A stretch of 64,000 nt of DNA from Octopus vulgaris (taxonomy: Eukaryota): contig OX597831.1 of the NCBI GenBank assembly GCA_951406725.2, positions 19,406,001 through 19,470,000 on the forward strand, read 5' to 3'. This document shows positions 42,833 through 58,500 of this stretch, one piece after another; the stretch's first letter is position 1; each line of letters begins with the position of its first letter. A program made the translations under genes and the position numbers. Under the pieces are notes generated by a model that saw only the letters and a list, made by a program, of their open reading frames with translations, was not told the origin of the DNA and ran no database searches.

Positions 42833-42834
<2 letters not shown>

Positions 42835-43189
42835 CAGCAAAATGTGGAACCTGAAGACTAAAACAATACCTGTTGTCATAGGTGACCTGGGAATGATTGT
42901 AAAAGGGGCTGATTGCTACCTAACTCAGATACTAGGAAACCCCAAAACTGCAGAAATTCAAAAGATAGTGCTCATGGGAACTGCTCATATCCTACGCAAA
43001 ATACTTTCTATGTAATCTCAAGGTTTAAAACAAACATTTTTTTTTGTTAGACATCTACTAGTACAACACCAAAAAAAAAACAACCAACTAGGCATAACAA
43101 CAACGTGAATTTCCAACCTGTTGTCTCCTGAGGTCTCTGGGTGAGACTTGGAGCCAACTTGTACAAATATAAAGCAAAAGTCAAACATA

Positions 43190-43190
<1 letters not shown>
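42833..43190 (+). mobile_element. Family C RLE retrotransposon 3' fragment inside (TAA)n
   Basis: ISKMWNLKTKTIPVVIG..MGTAHILRKILSM plus 3' UTR match 19478-19855. (TAA)n at 42753-42832 and (TAA/CAA)n at 43191-43470. Confidence 0.92.
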
Positions 43191-43249
<59 letters not shown>

Positions 43250-43256
43250 CAACAAC

Positions 43257-43297
<41 letters not shown>

Positions 43298-43388
43298 CAA
43301 CAACAACAACAACAACAATAATAATAATAATAACAATAATAATGATAATAATAATAATAATAATAACAACAACAACAACAACAACAAC

Positions 43389-43420
<32 letters not shown>

Positions 43421-43543
43421 TAATAATAATAATAATAATTATAATAATAATGATGATGATGATAATGATAATTTCCTTTATTTGTCCCGAGGACGGAGGA
43501 TGAGGGGGCAATACAAAGACAGACAAAGTGTTGGGGGCTTACA

Positions 43544-44220
43544 TACGAGGTCTGATCAATAAGTATCCAGACCGTTGCTATAGTAACGAAGCTAAAGTAC
43601 GCAGAGTGAAGCCGCTTGGCATAGACTGAGCTTGACCTCTGCTGTGTATGTGCACTAAGTTTTAACGTTCTAGCTCACTTCCGCTGCTTACAGTATTGTT
43701 TGGAAGGAAGGTATGTAGCGTGCGATCGTTTTATTTACCATGACAGAGAAAGTGGTCACAGCGATACCTGCCCAGAGGCCTACGCAAAGTTGCAGAAAGT
43801 GTATAAAGTGGAGTGTATGAGCTGCGTACATGTGTACGAGTGGTTCAGACGTTTCCAAAATGGCAGAACCAATGTCGATATTATCAAACGTTCTGGGAGA
43901 CCTACAGCCAGCAGAACTAAGAAAAACATCGCAGACATTCCTGCAACTGTGAAGGGAAATCGTCGAATCGCCATTCGTGAGTTACCAGAAGATGTGCAGA
44001 TTAGTTACGGTTCAGTCCAGTCCAGTATCACTAAAGATTTGGATATGAGACGCATGTCTGCCAAGTTTGTGCCAAAACTGCTTTCAGCTGACCAAAAAGA
44101 CACTCGGATTTCAGTGGCACAAGATCTCCTTGGTTGTGTCAAGAACGATGAAAACATTTTGAAAACTTTACGTAGGCCTCTGAGCAGGTATCACCAGGAT
44201 TTTGGCAAAAATTGATGCAG
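43544..44220 (+). mobile_element. Mariner transposon 5' part (left TIR and HTH region), catalytic domain missing
   Basis: TA-CGAGGTCTGATCAATAAG terminus; VYEWFRRFQNGR..RSGRP..SAKFVPKLLSADQK (WVPxxL-type linker). Confidence 0.85.
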
Positions 44221-46789
44221 ATTCTGTGCTCCGTTTTCTCTGTCGTGGTCAATGAGACAGTTTTGTATAAATTTGATGATATTCTCCTGTCATTTTAATC
44301 CTTCCTCTAGGGGTTGATGTTAATAACCCGTAAACATATTTTTCCTCATACATTCTGAGAAGTGAAAGTGAAGCAGATTCAGAATATTCTTTCTACTATT
44401 GGCACGATGCCTGAAATATTGAGGGGAGTGGGGAGCTAGTCGATTGCATCGGTCGCAGAGCAGAACTGGTAATTATTTTATCGGCCCCGAAAGAATGAAA
44501 AGCAAAGTTGTCCTTGGAAGCATGTGAATTAGTCTACCAGCTCGCTGCCCTTAATCTGACTTACATAATGATCCTGTAAGTTTCAAACCAAACTTGTCTT
44601 CGATGAGATTTGAACTGAGGAAGCAAAAAGTCACCACTTTTAGTGCAGTGGTTTTTCTACTTACATATTCACCACGCTAATATTCTTGGCAACTGCACCA
44701 CCATACGGGTATGGAATTAATTAATATTATTGCGTTCGCTTCATTAAGTGTTTACAACTAGTTTTATTGTTTGCTAATTTTAAATCGCAAAAGAATCAAT
44801 TTCAGCAAATATCACGCGAACGAGATGCGCCTCTTTCACGTTTGATCTCTCGAATATTATATTAGATATAAGATTTAATTAACCCGAAGTTCTTTCTAAC
44901 TTTGAAGTTTGAGCTTTTTGAACGTGATTTGTTTGTAGTGTTTGTGTTTACTTGATATTTTTCTTTGCTTTTCTTTTGTAATTGTTCTTTACTATCTTTC
45001 TCTAATGTCGTTAGTTTTTAGATTAATAAGGATATAAACCAATAAGATTGATACGCTTCTAGCGATCGCGTGTCGACATTTATCTCCAAACACGGCTGTT
45101 AATTTGAAGGATGATCTTAAACAAGAAAATTGAGATACCAATGGAAGAAATTTATAAATAGTTACCAGCAAATGCTGAGAAATGTCAACAGAAATGTTGC
45201 TTCCGACGTTAAGGTTCTAAAAATATAATTCATGATGTGAACCGAGAGACTTGCTTGTATCTATTTCTTTAACTTGCAAATATTATTGTAGACCTAATTT
45301 AATTTGGGTGCAAGAAAAAACTAGACGAACAAAAGTTTATGTGTGTTGCTTTGCTAATTGACAGGTCTGTTAAACAAATCCCTGCATAATCTCAGGGTAG
45401 TACAGGATATTTAAACCACCTGGCCTGGAATAAATTTGATCGAATTATTTCGTATATGATATATATGTGTGTGCGTATCTGATTATATATGTCTGGAATG
45501 AGAGGGAACATATGTAATATGTGTGAATATAACATCATGATATGTCATTAAAAGAGATTCCAAACATGTCAGTAGATCGTAATAATACAAGGATGCTAAA
45601 TTATTACCAGAGAACGATATGTCTGCTATAAATAATAATAATGTTTTCTACTATAGGCACAAGCCTTGAAATGCTGGTGACTGACTCGTCGATTACTCAA
45701 CTAGTACTTATTTTATTGACCTCGAAGGGGATAAAAGACAAATTCGACATCGGCAGAATTTGAACTTAGAACATAAAGCCGTGCATTGAAGCACTTTGTC
45801 CAATGTCCTAACGATTCTGTTACCTCGCCGCCATCATAATGATAATACAAAATGTTTAACTGTAACTAACCAAGTAGAGCCTACTTGCGTGCAAACTTAC
45901 TATCGGAGTAGCAAATAGAATTATATGATGCTTAGATGTGCGATAAAATTGTTGTTTCTCAATCACATAGTTATCGGAACAGTCTTCTTCCGCGACAGTT
46001 CTTGTGAAACATTTCTTTATTGATATATCTTCGAAGTAATCAGTAATTTCTTTTAGGATCGTAGACAGAATCTTTATCAGCTTATATTAACATGTCCTAA
46101 TACGATAAGTATTTCACGTATATTTGTTTTGTGCGATCCGTCGCTCTTTAACCAGCGTTTCCTATATAAATGAATGCCGCAGCCCTAAATAACATAACTA
46201 AATATCAAACTATTTTCAAAATATATTTCTCACATTAGGCGAACCAGAATGCGTTATATCTAGTATTGATATACCAAATCATTTATTTAGATATCCCTGT
46301 GTTAGATACTTAGCCATTAAAACTGAGATCTTTGAGTATATTTTTTTAAAATTAACAATGTGATTAGCATGTCTAATATGCTTTACGTTTGCTTTGATTT
46401 ACTGCGTCGTTTCCACGTCATCCATGGCAAGGATTGCCTAATCAGAAGTTATGTTATAATATTCGACATTCATTGATACCACTTTCTTCTTGAAACCTAG
46501 TTCATACGATAGACAGCCTGTCGGCCTTATTGAAGCAAATCCTCTTCAAGTATTATGCTGTGCTCTACATATTCTTATCTGTGATCTTTGAAGTTCTATT
46601 TTTAATTGTAGTCTGTATTCATAATGTAGAATGATACCACAACACTAAATACCTCATCCTTAAGCTATGTGTAACACATCTGTGAAGACACTCTTCAAGT
46701 TAGACCGGTTACAACGTGTTAGTAATTAACATTACAAAACTGATATATCTATATGTATTTATAATGATTGATAAGTAAATATAAATATA

Positions 46790-47950
46790 TAGGGTCTTCC
46801 AGTTAAACTATGAGCAATTTTAATCAGTTGACTTGGTGGGTTTAACATTTCATTTTTTAACAAAATCTTGATTGCTTGAAAATCTAATCCTCCTCTTTAT
46901 TTTTCAGGTAAATAGCGAACTGATTCGACAACAGAAAGTCATGGAAGAACAGAATCGTTCAGCTATTGGTATTCTGGCGTACGCAGGGGACACTGCCAAA
47001 AAAATTGTTAAATTGACGTAACTTCCGAAAGCAACAGTTTATCGTGTGTATAAACAATTCAAGGAAGAGGGAAAGATTGAAAGAAAGAACGCAAAACACG
47101 AAAAGATCCCAAGAGCAATCCAAAGTCCCTTCCTGGCTTCAAACGTTCGATTGAAGCCAACCCAACCACATCCATGACAACTCTTTCAAAGAAACGCAAT
47201 ATACCCCTTTCCACGGTGTCCAGAGCTGCGAACAAGAACCTTCGCATGACAAGCTATGTTCGACGACGCCATCACCTCCCAAAAGTCGAGACCAAAGCAA
47301 TTAGAGCCGAGAGAGGCCCAAAGCTTGTTATTCATCAAGCATCAAAGTGCCAGAAAAACTCTCACGTTTGTGAACGAAATGAAGTTCACTGCGGACGCTA
47401 AGGTGAATCGCAGAAATTCTAGAGTGATTGCATACAAGTCTTCTGACGTCCCCATGGTGTTTGCGATTAAGAATCCTGCCTTTGTGATGGTATTTGGAGC
47501 CGTGGCGAGTGATGGAGGCCAGCCAGGCAGTTTGGATTGTGCTTGCAATCACTTCGAGTCTTATGTTCTTTTTATCAATCTTTCCCTCTTCTTTAAATTT
47601 TTTTATACACACGAAAAACTGTTGCTGTTAGAGGTTTCTTTGAGTATGGCTTGAAAATCGGCACAAATGCCAATCTGGACTTTCTGAAGAACTCTTTGTT
47701 ACCTTGGATGGAGCAGAAGCTTGGATTTGACAATTTAGTGCTTATCCAGCATGCCACACCATACCAATGATCAAAAGCAACACAAGCCTTCCTTGGCGAG
47801 AAAGTTCCATTTTTGTGAGAGCCAACATCTAGCCCAGTAATAGGCCAGATCTCAACATTCACGATTACGTTTTGATGGGGCGTACGTCAAGCAGGGACCC
47901 ATGCTTCACCACACGCGAGTGTCAGCAATTTAAAGAACTGCATCTTGCCT
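46790..47950 (+). mobile_element. Degenerate Tc1/mariner-superfamily (maT/DD37D-like) transposon with an internal inverted fragment
   Basis: ATVYRVYKQF HTH, LSTVSRA, EMKFT..VNRRNSR, KNPAFVMVFGAVASDG and a decayed PDLN..DY motif; multiple stops and frameshifts. Confidence 0.75.
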
Positions 47951-48852
47951 GTGACACGCAAAATGAAAATGGCAGAGTTTGTGGCTGTTGCAAAAATAAT
48001 TCATTCTCGTGTGTGTGCGTATCTGTGTGCATGTGTGCATGTTTGTGTGTGTGTGTATGTGTGTGTGTTAGAGAGAGGAAGAGACAGAGACAGGGAAAGA
48101 TGGAGAGCGTGTGTATGCATTACAATCATTGCGGGAACAGGAATTTCGGCTTGCTAGTCCGTATTAACTTCTTTTACGGGTGTGCCAGATACATCTTCGT
48201 TGAAGCTGCAGTCAGAAACGTCATCGACAGATTGACTAGAAACTTTTTTATAAAAAGGCAATTTGGAAATTACCCGCGAGAAATCCAGTACGATATTTGA
48301 ATATTTAATCAGCTGCATCATGCCTTCGGCAGAACAAAGCAGATAACTTATTTCCTATTTGTATTTTCACGTTGGACACAGCTCTCTCCACTTCTGTACT
48401 GATTACTCCACCAAACAATATTACCACATTACAGTATTTTGATATATTCATTTATGCTATTTTAACCCCTTGAACATGCGCAAATATAATATAACGTCAT
48501 TTGCAGCAAGGAAAGGACGTATTATGCCGTAAGGGGCCTCGGCATACAGATTTAGGAATATGATTATTAAATAAACAGAATATTACATTTACTTATTTGT
48601 CCGTTATAATATGAAGACAAATATATTTTCATCCACGGCATCTTCTACATGGATCGAATGAGAAAACAAATATTTACTCGTGAACATGCATATGTAAATG
48701 TAGACAGATTGATCGCTAGATTACTAGATATACACGCCAAAACACATATATGTATATAGGATCCTTCATTCGCTCTAACATCGTCGTGCAATCTCTTTCT
48801 CGCTCTCTCACTATATATATATATATACATCTCTTCACATACATATACCTTA

Positions 48853-48903
<51 letters not shown>

Positions 48904-49063
48904 TGTGTGTGTGTATTTGTGTATGTAATCAAAATATCACCTTATTTTGATTTTAATCACCTTACTTTGAAGCTGTATGGATAATACCGTACCAAATTCT
49001 GGTGCCTCATCTTAAGTACCTAATACATCTGCATCTCTCTCCTTCCCTCCCTCTCTCTCTCTT

Positions 49064-49102
<39 letters not shown>

Positions 49103-49153
49103 ATATATAAATAGATATATTCATGTATACATATACACATATTTATACACACA

Positions 49154-49233
<80 letters not shown>

Positions 49234-50593
49234 TCATACGTGCGTGTTTGTTTGTGTATGCACGTATGTGTTTATATATATATATCTGTATACATGTATG
49301 TAAGGATGGATGCATTGCTCAAAATCCGGAGCTAATCTTCACATTTATATACAGAAGCTGTTGTGAACATCAAAATCTTCGTTCTCCTTGAGAGAAGGGT
49401 AAAGAAGGACTTCCAGGCGGAGGGCAGTCGCTAAATTGGCGTTGACTCCACTGGGATTATTCACGCTTTTAGTAAAATTCATATCTTATTCAGAAAGAGG
49501 GATTGGCTCTGTGCAAGGCGATTCCACATTTCAAAACGTTTCACATGCAAGAATAGCTCAGTTCTTAATATATATTTTAACATCACTGTTCTGTTGTGCA
49601 CTGAGACGACTGTATCCAAGAAGAACAACGCAAAATGAAAACTTTGATGATGTAATAAATGCATATGACAGCCTAGGTGACAAGTTCTATGAATACCTGA
49701 TAGAATAGGCGATCATCAATGCTACATCTGTGCAAAAGAGTGCAATTCCCTAATTTGAGTGAAAAGCCGCGTCTGTGTTGCCCGTTGCCAAGAAAACAAC
49801 GTAGGCACATAGCCAAATGGATAGAGGGATTTTGGGATTTGGTACTTCATCAAAAAAAAATATATATATAAAGGGGTGTATTCGTATACTCTTAATTAAA
49901 AGCCAAAGAATGTCAGGTTCCTTTAAGAGCCGAAGGCAACGCACACATCGGAGTGATGTTTTCCTTTGCTTCAAGTTTTTCTTATATTTATTTCATGTTT
50001 GTTTCAGCGCGATACAGTTTACAAATTAGTCAATCATTCTAAATGCCATTTTTGCACATTTAATATAAGGAAATTGCGAGCAAGGTGCTACGGAACTAAT
50101 CTAATATTTGCTACAAATATTTGTTTGACGCAACGTGTCGTTTCTTTCATTTTTCTAACATTCTTTTTAACTCAGACTGTTTGGCGTTCCTTTTCTTGGT
50201 TTTCACACTTTCTTGAGGCCCTGATGATATACTGTGAGAAAGAAAATCAAGCACACTGAAAACAAAATATACGTATATATATATATAGATGTTTACATAT
50301 ATATATATATATATATATAGATATATATACATATATACATATATATATAAATATATATACATATATATATACATATACATAACAACACTCACACACACAC
50401 ACATATATATATATATGTGTGTGTGTGCGTGTACAGACGCACACATACGTCCAGTATCTCAGCTGTTAAAGTAGTGTCTGTTGCGTTTCCAGATATAATT
50501 CCATAATCGCCTTTCTCTAATACCTTGTCAAATACTTCTACTTATTCATATCCACAAGAGAATATATACACAAGAAGACACACATATACACAC

Positions 50594-50646
<53 letters not shown>

Positions 50647-50827
50647 CATACATACATATGTACGTACATATATATATATAAAATGTCCTTATATGTATTG
50701 TTTTTTTTACACAAGAACACAGAAAGATTATGGGAAGCCGATAGGCGACGGCAAAACAGTTACATTTCATATATTGATTTTTTTTCAATGACCAATGTTG
50801 TCGCACAGCTAGGAATTATTTATATGG

Positions 50828-50887
<60 letters not shown>

Positions 50888-51103
50888 GTTATCAATATTA
50901 TTGCTACTATTATAACTACTACTACTAGTATCATTATTTTTCATTGTTTCAATAGTATTATTTTTGATGAAAACTCTCAGCTTATTTTGCAGGATGTGAT
51001 GGAAATTGTCAGCTGCCTAGAGCCAGCAGACTATAGCGACACTCGATTATTAATCATGACTCAAGGAACGCTGACATTTGTAGTTGATCTATATTTACCA
51101 AAT

Positions 51104-51200
51104 GCAAGGAGGCGCTGAAAAGTTCCTGTTTTATTTCATAATTAATTGATCCTCCAGTATTTTTTTCATGAATAGCCAGGAACTGTTCAGTATCACCTGG
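51104..51200. mobile_element. Tiny mariner-type MITE remnant
   Basis: GGAGGCGCTGAAAAGTTCCTG is imperfectly complementary to CAGGAACTGTTCAGTATCACC. A similar solo terminus TACGAGGGG..TGCTGAAAGTCCCTGGCT lies at 54651-54682. Confidence 0.5.
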
Positions 51201-51207
51201 TGTGTGT

Positions 51208-51256
<49 letters not shown>

Positions 51257-52176
51257 AGAGAGAGAGAGAGAGAGAGAGCTGCTTTCTAACAAAGGTACAA
51301 AGCTCCATTGTTGAAAAGTAGGTAAAGAAGAATTCACATTTTTCAACATGAGCAAAGTATTCCATCGTTTTTAGTGTTCTACGTACAGAATAAATTTTTT
51401 ATGATTTTTTTTAACGCTGGTTATCTCTAGTGTCACTTAAACCTTTACTCACATTTCCTCATAATGTGTAGGAATTATTATTGGCTCAACTGTAATTTTA
51501 TAATCCGGACATGGAAGCTAAATGTTTCCAGCAGTTGTCTGTTAGTATCAAGTTTCTCTTTGACTTTCAAAAGATATCCATATCAGCAGGAATGATGACC
51601 TTTCAAACGGTACATACTTCTCGTCTCTCCAAATCAGTGATACCCGGCGTGTTATGTTTACACTTGAGAGAAGTTTTATTAGGAATGTTCGAACAAGATT
51701 TCCTCATGTTAATGTTCATACATGTATTAAAGAGTCTTAGCTGAGGTCTCTGTAGAAGACATTTTGTTTTCAGATGGCGCTGTAGATTGTTTTAACGACG
51801 ACGTCGTATCACATTTTGAAAGTAGAACAGTGATAATATTTTTGAGTTATTACTGATCTTATGTGCAATATATTCCACGGGAATGTGACATAATCTACAC
51901 TTCTGCTTCCATCTTGAAGCTACAAGGGCGTCAGTGTCTCTTTTCTTTCTTAGGTAACTTGTAGCAATTTCCTTTTCTTAGATTGTAAATGCAAAGCCTT
52001 TAAGGGAGGCCTCATTTCATGTCGATATTACTGTCGTCTTCAAATCTACAGAACAAAATACCCGCGCAGTTTATGATGGTACGATAGTTCTTTTATATGA
52101 TGTGTGTTTCACAACCAAGTTCTCTTTAATGTATGTAGATATGTATGTATGTATGTTTATATATATGCAGGGATAT

Positions 52177-52450
52177 GTGGAGGTGCAATGGCCCAGTGGT
52201 TAGGGCAGCGGACTCGCGATTGCAGGATCGTGGTTTCGATCCTCAAACCAGGCGTGCGTTGTGAGTGTTTATGGAGCGAAAACACCTAAAGCTCCACAGG
52301 CTCAGACAGGGGGTGGTGGCGAACCCTGATATATTTTGAGGCTATACATGTCTGTGGCGTGCTCAGCCACTTGCACGTGAATTTCACGAACAGGCTGTTC
52401 CATTGAGCGAGTCAACTGGAACCCTCGTCGTGGTAAACGACGGAGTGCCA
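52177..52450 (+). mobile_element. S3 SINE copy with internal deletion
   Basis: Matches the head and tail of 39624-40012; lacks roughly 110 bp of the middle. Confidence 0.88.
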
Positions 52451-52705
52451 CGAATACAGGTATGCATTTATGTATAATGTGGTATCAGTTCCTTGATTAA
52501 TAACTGGTATTTAAAACGCCTTCTCTATCCTTACGTATTTAAGCAGAAAATTGCGAAGAAAAGGTTTGTAGTTATATAATTCAAATTTTCTTCACCTCGC
52601 TTCCATAGTTTGGGAAACCACAGAGGACTGAGAGATAAAAGAAGAAAAGGAGCCAAAGTGGGGACATCGATCATTCACTTATGTTACTGAATAATCTATG
52701 CAGAA

Positions 52706-52926
52706 ACATACATACATACACACACACATACATACGCACACATACATACATACATGCATACATACATACATACATACATACATACACACATACATACTTA
52801 TATACATACTTATATACATACATACATACATATATACATACATACATACATACATACATACATACATACATACATACATACATACATACATACATACATA
52901 CATACATACTCACATACATACTTATA

Positions 52927-52960
<34 letters not shown>

Positions 52961-52966
52961 CATACA

Positions 52967-53000
<34 letters not shown>

Positions 53001-53067
53001 CATACATGCATACATACATACATACATACATACATACATACATACATACATACATACATACATACAT
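52706..53067. repeat. (CATA)n microsatellite, probably the expanded tail of the adjacent SINE
   Basis: Read directly; abuts the 3' end of the minus-strand SINE at 53068. Confidence 0.9.
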
Positions 53068-53398
53068 CTGAGACCCCCTTCGGTCACGGCATAGACCATG
53101 GGATTGCACCTAGAAAGTTACACTCCCGGGCATGGTGGTTTATGGAAGACCAGCAGTTGCCCATGCATACTGGCCTCCCTTCTACACGCCACCGATGTTG
53201 TCCAAGTGAAAGGCAAAGGGGCCGATACAGCTTGACACCAGTGATGTCGCAACTCATTTTTACAGCTGAGTTAACTGGAACAACGTGAAATAAAGTGTCT
53301 TGCTCAAGAACACAACACGCAGCCCGGTCCGGGAATCGAACTCACAACCTCATGATCGTAAGTTGTACACTCTAATCACTGAAGCAGGCGCCTTCACT
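53068..53398 (-). mobile_element. tRNA-derived SINE (family S4)
   Basis: Minus-strand head GTGAAGGCGCC..CAGTGATTAGAG, B-box GAGTTCGATTCCC, then TTGAGCAAGACACTTTA. Degenerate relative near 33400-33540. Confidence 0.8.
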
Positions 53399-53675
53399 CA
53401 TACATACATACATATATACTCATGCACATATATACACAGACGTGCGTACACACATACATACAGAAATACTGAGAGGTAGTATCGCTGAGTGTCTTCATAA
53501 GTTAACACGAACACACAAACACAGTCGCTCACACTTGCGCACGCTCGCTAAGAATCAAACCAGTGCAAACACATTAACATCTTCTGTGTTTGTATGTGGC
53601 TATATGTGTATTCCCAAACATACAAATACACACACACACACGCATATAGACACATACACGCACACGCACACATAC

Positions 53676-53708
<33 letters not shown>

Positions 53709-53802
53709 TATATATATATACATGCACTATATACAGACACAAATACGGATCGCACATACACGTGTGCACATGCGCGTATCAAACGCATACACCAACATAC
53801 AT

Positions 53803-53848
<46 letters not shown>

Positions 53849-54389
53849 ACAAACGCATGTATATATTAATATTTAAATACTGTATACTATATAGGAGAAG
53901 GTAACAGAAATAGCGATTATCATCTTATAAACAAATACCTCATTCTTGTTTTGTTTTTAAAAATAACTGTTGACAGATTTCGATGTATATCGCAATCTTG
54001 TTTTATACTTCATTTCATTCAAATCTATTTCGGTGCTTTTTATAATGCCACATTGTATTTTGAAAACGTCTTCCATAACCTTAGTATACACACAACCAGT
54101 TGTATACACTTGTGTATATATGTATATATGTAAATATGAATTTATGTATGTACGTATGTGTATGAGTATTATGTGCGTATTTACGTTATGTATGTATGTA
54201 TGTATGTATGTATGTATGTATGTATGTATGTATGTATGTATGTATAAGTGGCTGATTTCTAGCAAAGATACAAAGCTTCATGATTATGTATGTACGTTTT
54301 ATACGCAAGTATATGGTTGTGTATCGTGTTAAGTAAAACGTTTCGCGATATTTCGTCAAGTTACAACGAAACCGGGAAGGAACCGTGGA

Positions 54390-54642
54390 AGTTCTGATCC
54401 ATGGGTCAATTCCTGCGCTCTCTGACGCTTTGTCAACCACGAGGAGGTTGAATCCTCAGTGAAGGACTTCTTCGCCTCGAAGCAGAAGGACTAGTGTCAG
54501 CATAGAATCAAAGAATTAGCAGCAAGGACTTCAGGCAGTGCAACACGATGGCCTAGAATTTGGATGCTAGACTGCTTTCGTTGTAACTTCACGCATAAAG
54601 AACATACGTACTAACATGTTGCAAAACTTTTGAATCAACAAA
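54390..54642 (+). mobile_element. Mariner 3'-end relic
   Basis: RFVNHEEVESSVKDFFASK...IKELAAR..VQHDG resembles the mariner C-terminus; TIR-like AAAACTTTTGAATCAAC follows. Confidence 0.6.
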
Positions 54643-54765
54643 TGTGTATGTACGAGGGGGGGGTGCTGAAAGTCCCTGGCTTTAAAGACGCCGTGAAAGC
54701 CCCCCCCCCCCCCGTATATACATAACTCTGCGGGTGTGTATATATGTTTGTATGCAGAGTGTGCG

Positions 54766-54797
<32 letters not shown>

Positions 54798-55509
54798 TGT
54801 ATGTATGTATGTATGTATGTATGAAGTGGCTGTTCTCTAACAAATGATACAACGTTCTATCAGTATGCATGTATGGAAATATGCATCTGTTTATGTACAT
54901 ATTTACACACATATGTATGTATGTATGTATGTATATAGTTCCTTTTCCTCTGTTCTTTCAATATGTTATGTTTGATGTTATGTGCAGCCATGTTGTTCAC
55001 AGGAACTCTCTATATGGTAATTTCAAGATAGAGACGAAAATCACTACGATCCTTCATAAATGGCTCCTTCAGCAAATTCCTCCAAATATTAACCGCTTAT
55101 TTAACGGGGTCAATGACAGTCGCTTCAAAGTCGGAGATAGTATTCATCGTATTTTATAGGAATAGTCGCCAACGTCAGTTCCCATTTACGAACTTAAAGT
55201 ATGTATATGTATAGGTGCGAGACCCTGTGTGTGAGTGCGTGTGAGTGTATATACGTATGTATTATGTTAGTGTGGGTGTGCATGGATATATGAATGTTCG
55301 TATGTTTGTACTTTTTTAGTCTTGAGTATTACGCCACCCAAATTATAGGGAGCACGATAAGTAATTCTCTTTTATTGACATTAGGCAACATCAATTTAGC
55401 AGTTATATAAGTTAAGGTAAAGGAATAGTAGATTCATGCGTGTATGCATGCCATTATTAGATGAGGTTTTGATGCCCATAAGTATACACACACAGGCACA
55501 TACATACAC

Positions 55510-55547
<38 letters not shown>

Positions 55548-55552
<5 letters not shown>

Positions 55553-58500
55553 CAAATTGAGATAGGGGTTGTGAGTGCAACCCACCATGGGATAACATAT
55601 ATCCATTATACTGCTAGCAAAGCACCCAACAAAGTTAATACATAAATGTTAAGAATTGCGATGTAGTTAATTCATTTACTGTATTATATGGGCAAAGGTA
55701 AAATGTTTTACCACAAATTAATAATACAAAATAAGAAAATGGAGAAATACATCTTAATCAATAATCAACTACAAGATTATACCCAATCACATAATTTATT
55801 AAATCAATACTTATGAACATTAAGGTCAAACATAATAGTATAGAACAAAACAATGTACATCAATGATTAATATGATACACTAAGTACAGTATGTATAAGT
55901 GAATATAAATAAATACAAATATAAATATAAACTACATCTTACAGCTGTTTCAGCCATGCAGATATGGGTATCTCATTATGCTCATATTAGCAATGTGTGA
56001 TAAGTTAATATGTGGTTATAAATGAGATACTTACAAAAATATCCCAAGACATCTTCAGAGATCATAAAGTACAAATTTAATATGAATATCAGAGGAGGTA
56101 CACCCATACAAGACTGGGTACATACCCATAATATATAATATACACATACATATGAGTACATATACCCATACTCCTATATATATATATACATATACATAAT
56201 AATATACAGCAATATACATACATATTTTCTATATTCAAGGTTACAGTTGGTCAAAACAATATATTAGAATATTACAATATACAAACATACACATATCTAC
56301 ATTCAAATGCAAATATACAAAGTCAAGTGTTCATTATATTAAGTTACAAAATGTCATTAATATTACCATCCTTACTATTACCATTGCCACTATTGCTACT
56401 AATATCATTATTATTATTATTAATAACATTAACATTAATACCAGCAAAACAATATATGCATCACGCGTTTAGCAACATAATAGCAAAAGCAACAACAAAA
56501 ATAATACAGTACCATGCAAAGCATTATAGATCGGCAAATACATATAAAATGAAAAATGAAAAGCATTAATTTACATCATAGCATATTCCACAGGGGCACA
56601 AGCGTATACACGGGTGCCAGCCATAATTTTGACTGTGATATGTGTAAAGTATTAAGTTCAGAGATAGTTAAAGATCGAACGCCCAATACGATTGGTCGGC
56701 ACATTTGAATTTCAGTTGTCTTCGTTACGGTTGGTTTGTTAAGAAATACTTACATACGTACACACGTATATGTGCGCTTACACATATATACATGGATAAA
56801 TCACAATACAGGAAATACAAGCTTACATACACACATATATGTTTACGTACATAGCTACTCACATATATCCATAAATATATATACATGTATGCAAACAGAC
56901 ACCCATACCCAGTCGAAGTACGTTATTAGCATAAGATACATAATTAAGATTACACCGCATATTTCGTAAACAGTTATCGTGCTGTGAAACCTTCCAGATA
57001 ACCACAATTTCGACTGTGTTCCCACTCAAATCTTCCCTAATAAACAAGCATAGGCATAGGAAAACTGCACAAACACACACACACACACACACCCGCACAC
57101 AGCCATATACATATATACACTCGCATGCACTGTATCCGCAAACATTTGCATATACATGCATAAACACTCATATATGTATTCATATATATAAAAATACATA
57201 TACACATATATCCACCCATGAATATATATATATACATATAAATATATATATACATATATACATATATATATACATATATACATATATATATACATATACA
57301 CGTGAACATATGTAGACATATCCACATATACGTACGAATTTACAGATATACATGTCTGCCCATAGCTTTGCATATATATACATTCATGCATAACCAAGCA
57401 ACCGAAGGACATAAAAGTACATATACAATATGTTAACAGAAATTATTATTAAATGTAAAATGTAAGATATAAAATAATTATAAATTAAATTCATTATAAA
57501 TTAATAGGTGCCAGTAACTAAAAAAATAAATAAAAGATAAAAATAAAAAGATAATAAATAGTGAATAATGAATAAAAAATAAAATAAAATAAAATAGAAT
57601 AATAACAATAGTAATAATAAAGAAGAAGAAGAAGAAGAAGAAGAAGAAATAAAAATTAAAATTAAAATTTAAAAAATAATAAAAAATTTTAAAAATTAAA
57701 AAAAAGTAAAAATAAAAAAATAAACATAAGATAAAAAATATAATATTAAAAATAAAAATAAAATAAAAAACAAATTTAGATGTATACAAAGAGAACTTAA
57801 TATATAAGACTGCCAAACAAATACATGAGAAAGCTTACAAGGAAGATATATATACTTATATAATCACATATATCCACATAAGTATACACATGTATGCGTA
57901 GACTAATACATACACCTATACATAAACATATACATATATATGCATATACATACTGACATATACATACACATGCACACAAAGTATAAGTAAATATATATAT
58001 ACATACTTATCCAAAAATAAACACCGTATACTAAATATAGACCCATACTAGTTACGTATCAGTATAACAAAGTCCCAAACCAACAGCCTAAGATATGATA
58101 CGTGAATATGCCCGACACCAATGGAAAACTCCATGAAGATCAAAATACCATGTATATATCAGAATGTACATATATATTTCAATATATTTTCAAGCCGAGA
58201 CAAAAACAATCAATACAGAACACATATACGGAGATATAAAATTATAAATTATAATGTGCAAGAGCGCAATCCTATATACAAAAATGTTTAAAAATTACTG
58301 GTAGAAAAACTAGGTGCTATTTAAATCTAGAGAAGGTATACGCTAGTCTGTGAAGGCAAAATGATTTCGCTCATTAATATTATTAATAATGGGTAGGCCA
58401 TCTTTGATGATGAAAAAAATTCACTTATACATACTGCACTTATTGTATCATATTACTCATTGATGTACATTGTTTTGTTCTATACTATTATGTTTGACCT

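Noticed and set aside
50991-51080. Possible host exon after TTATTTTGCAG (DVMEIVSCLEPADYSDTRLLIMTQGTLTF)
   Set aside because: Weak donor site, no recognisable domain and no partner exons; needs RNA-seq.
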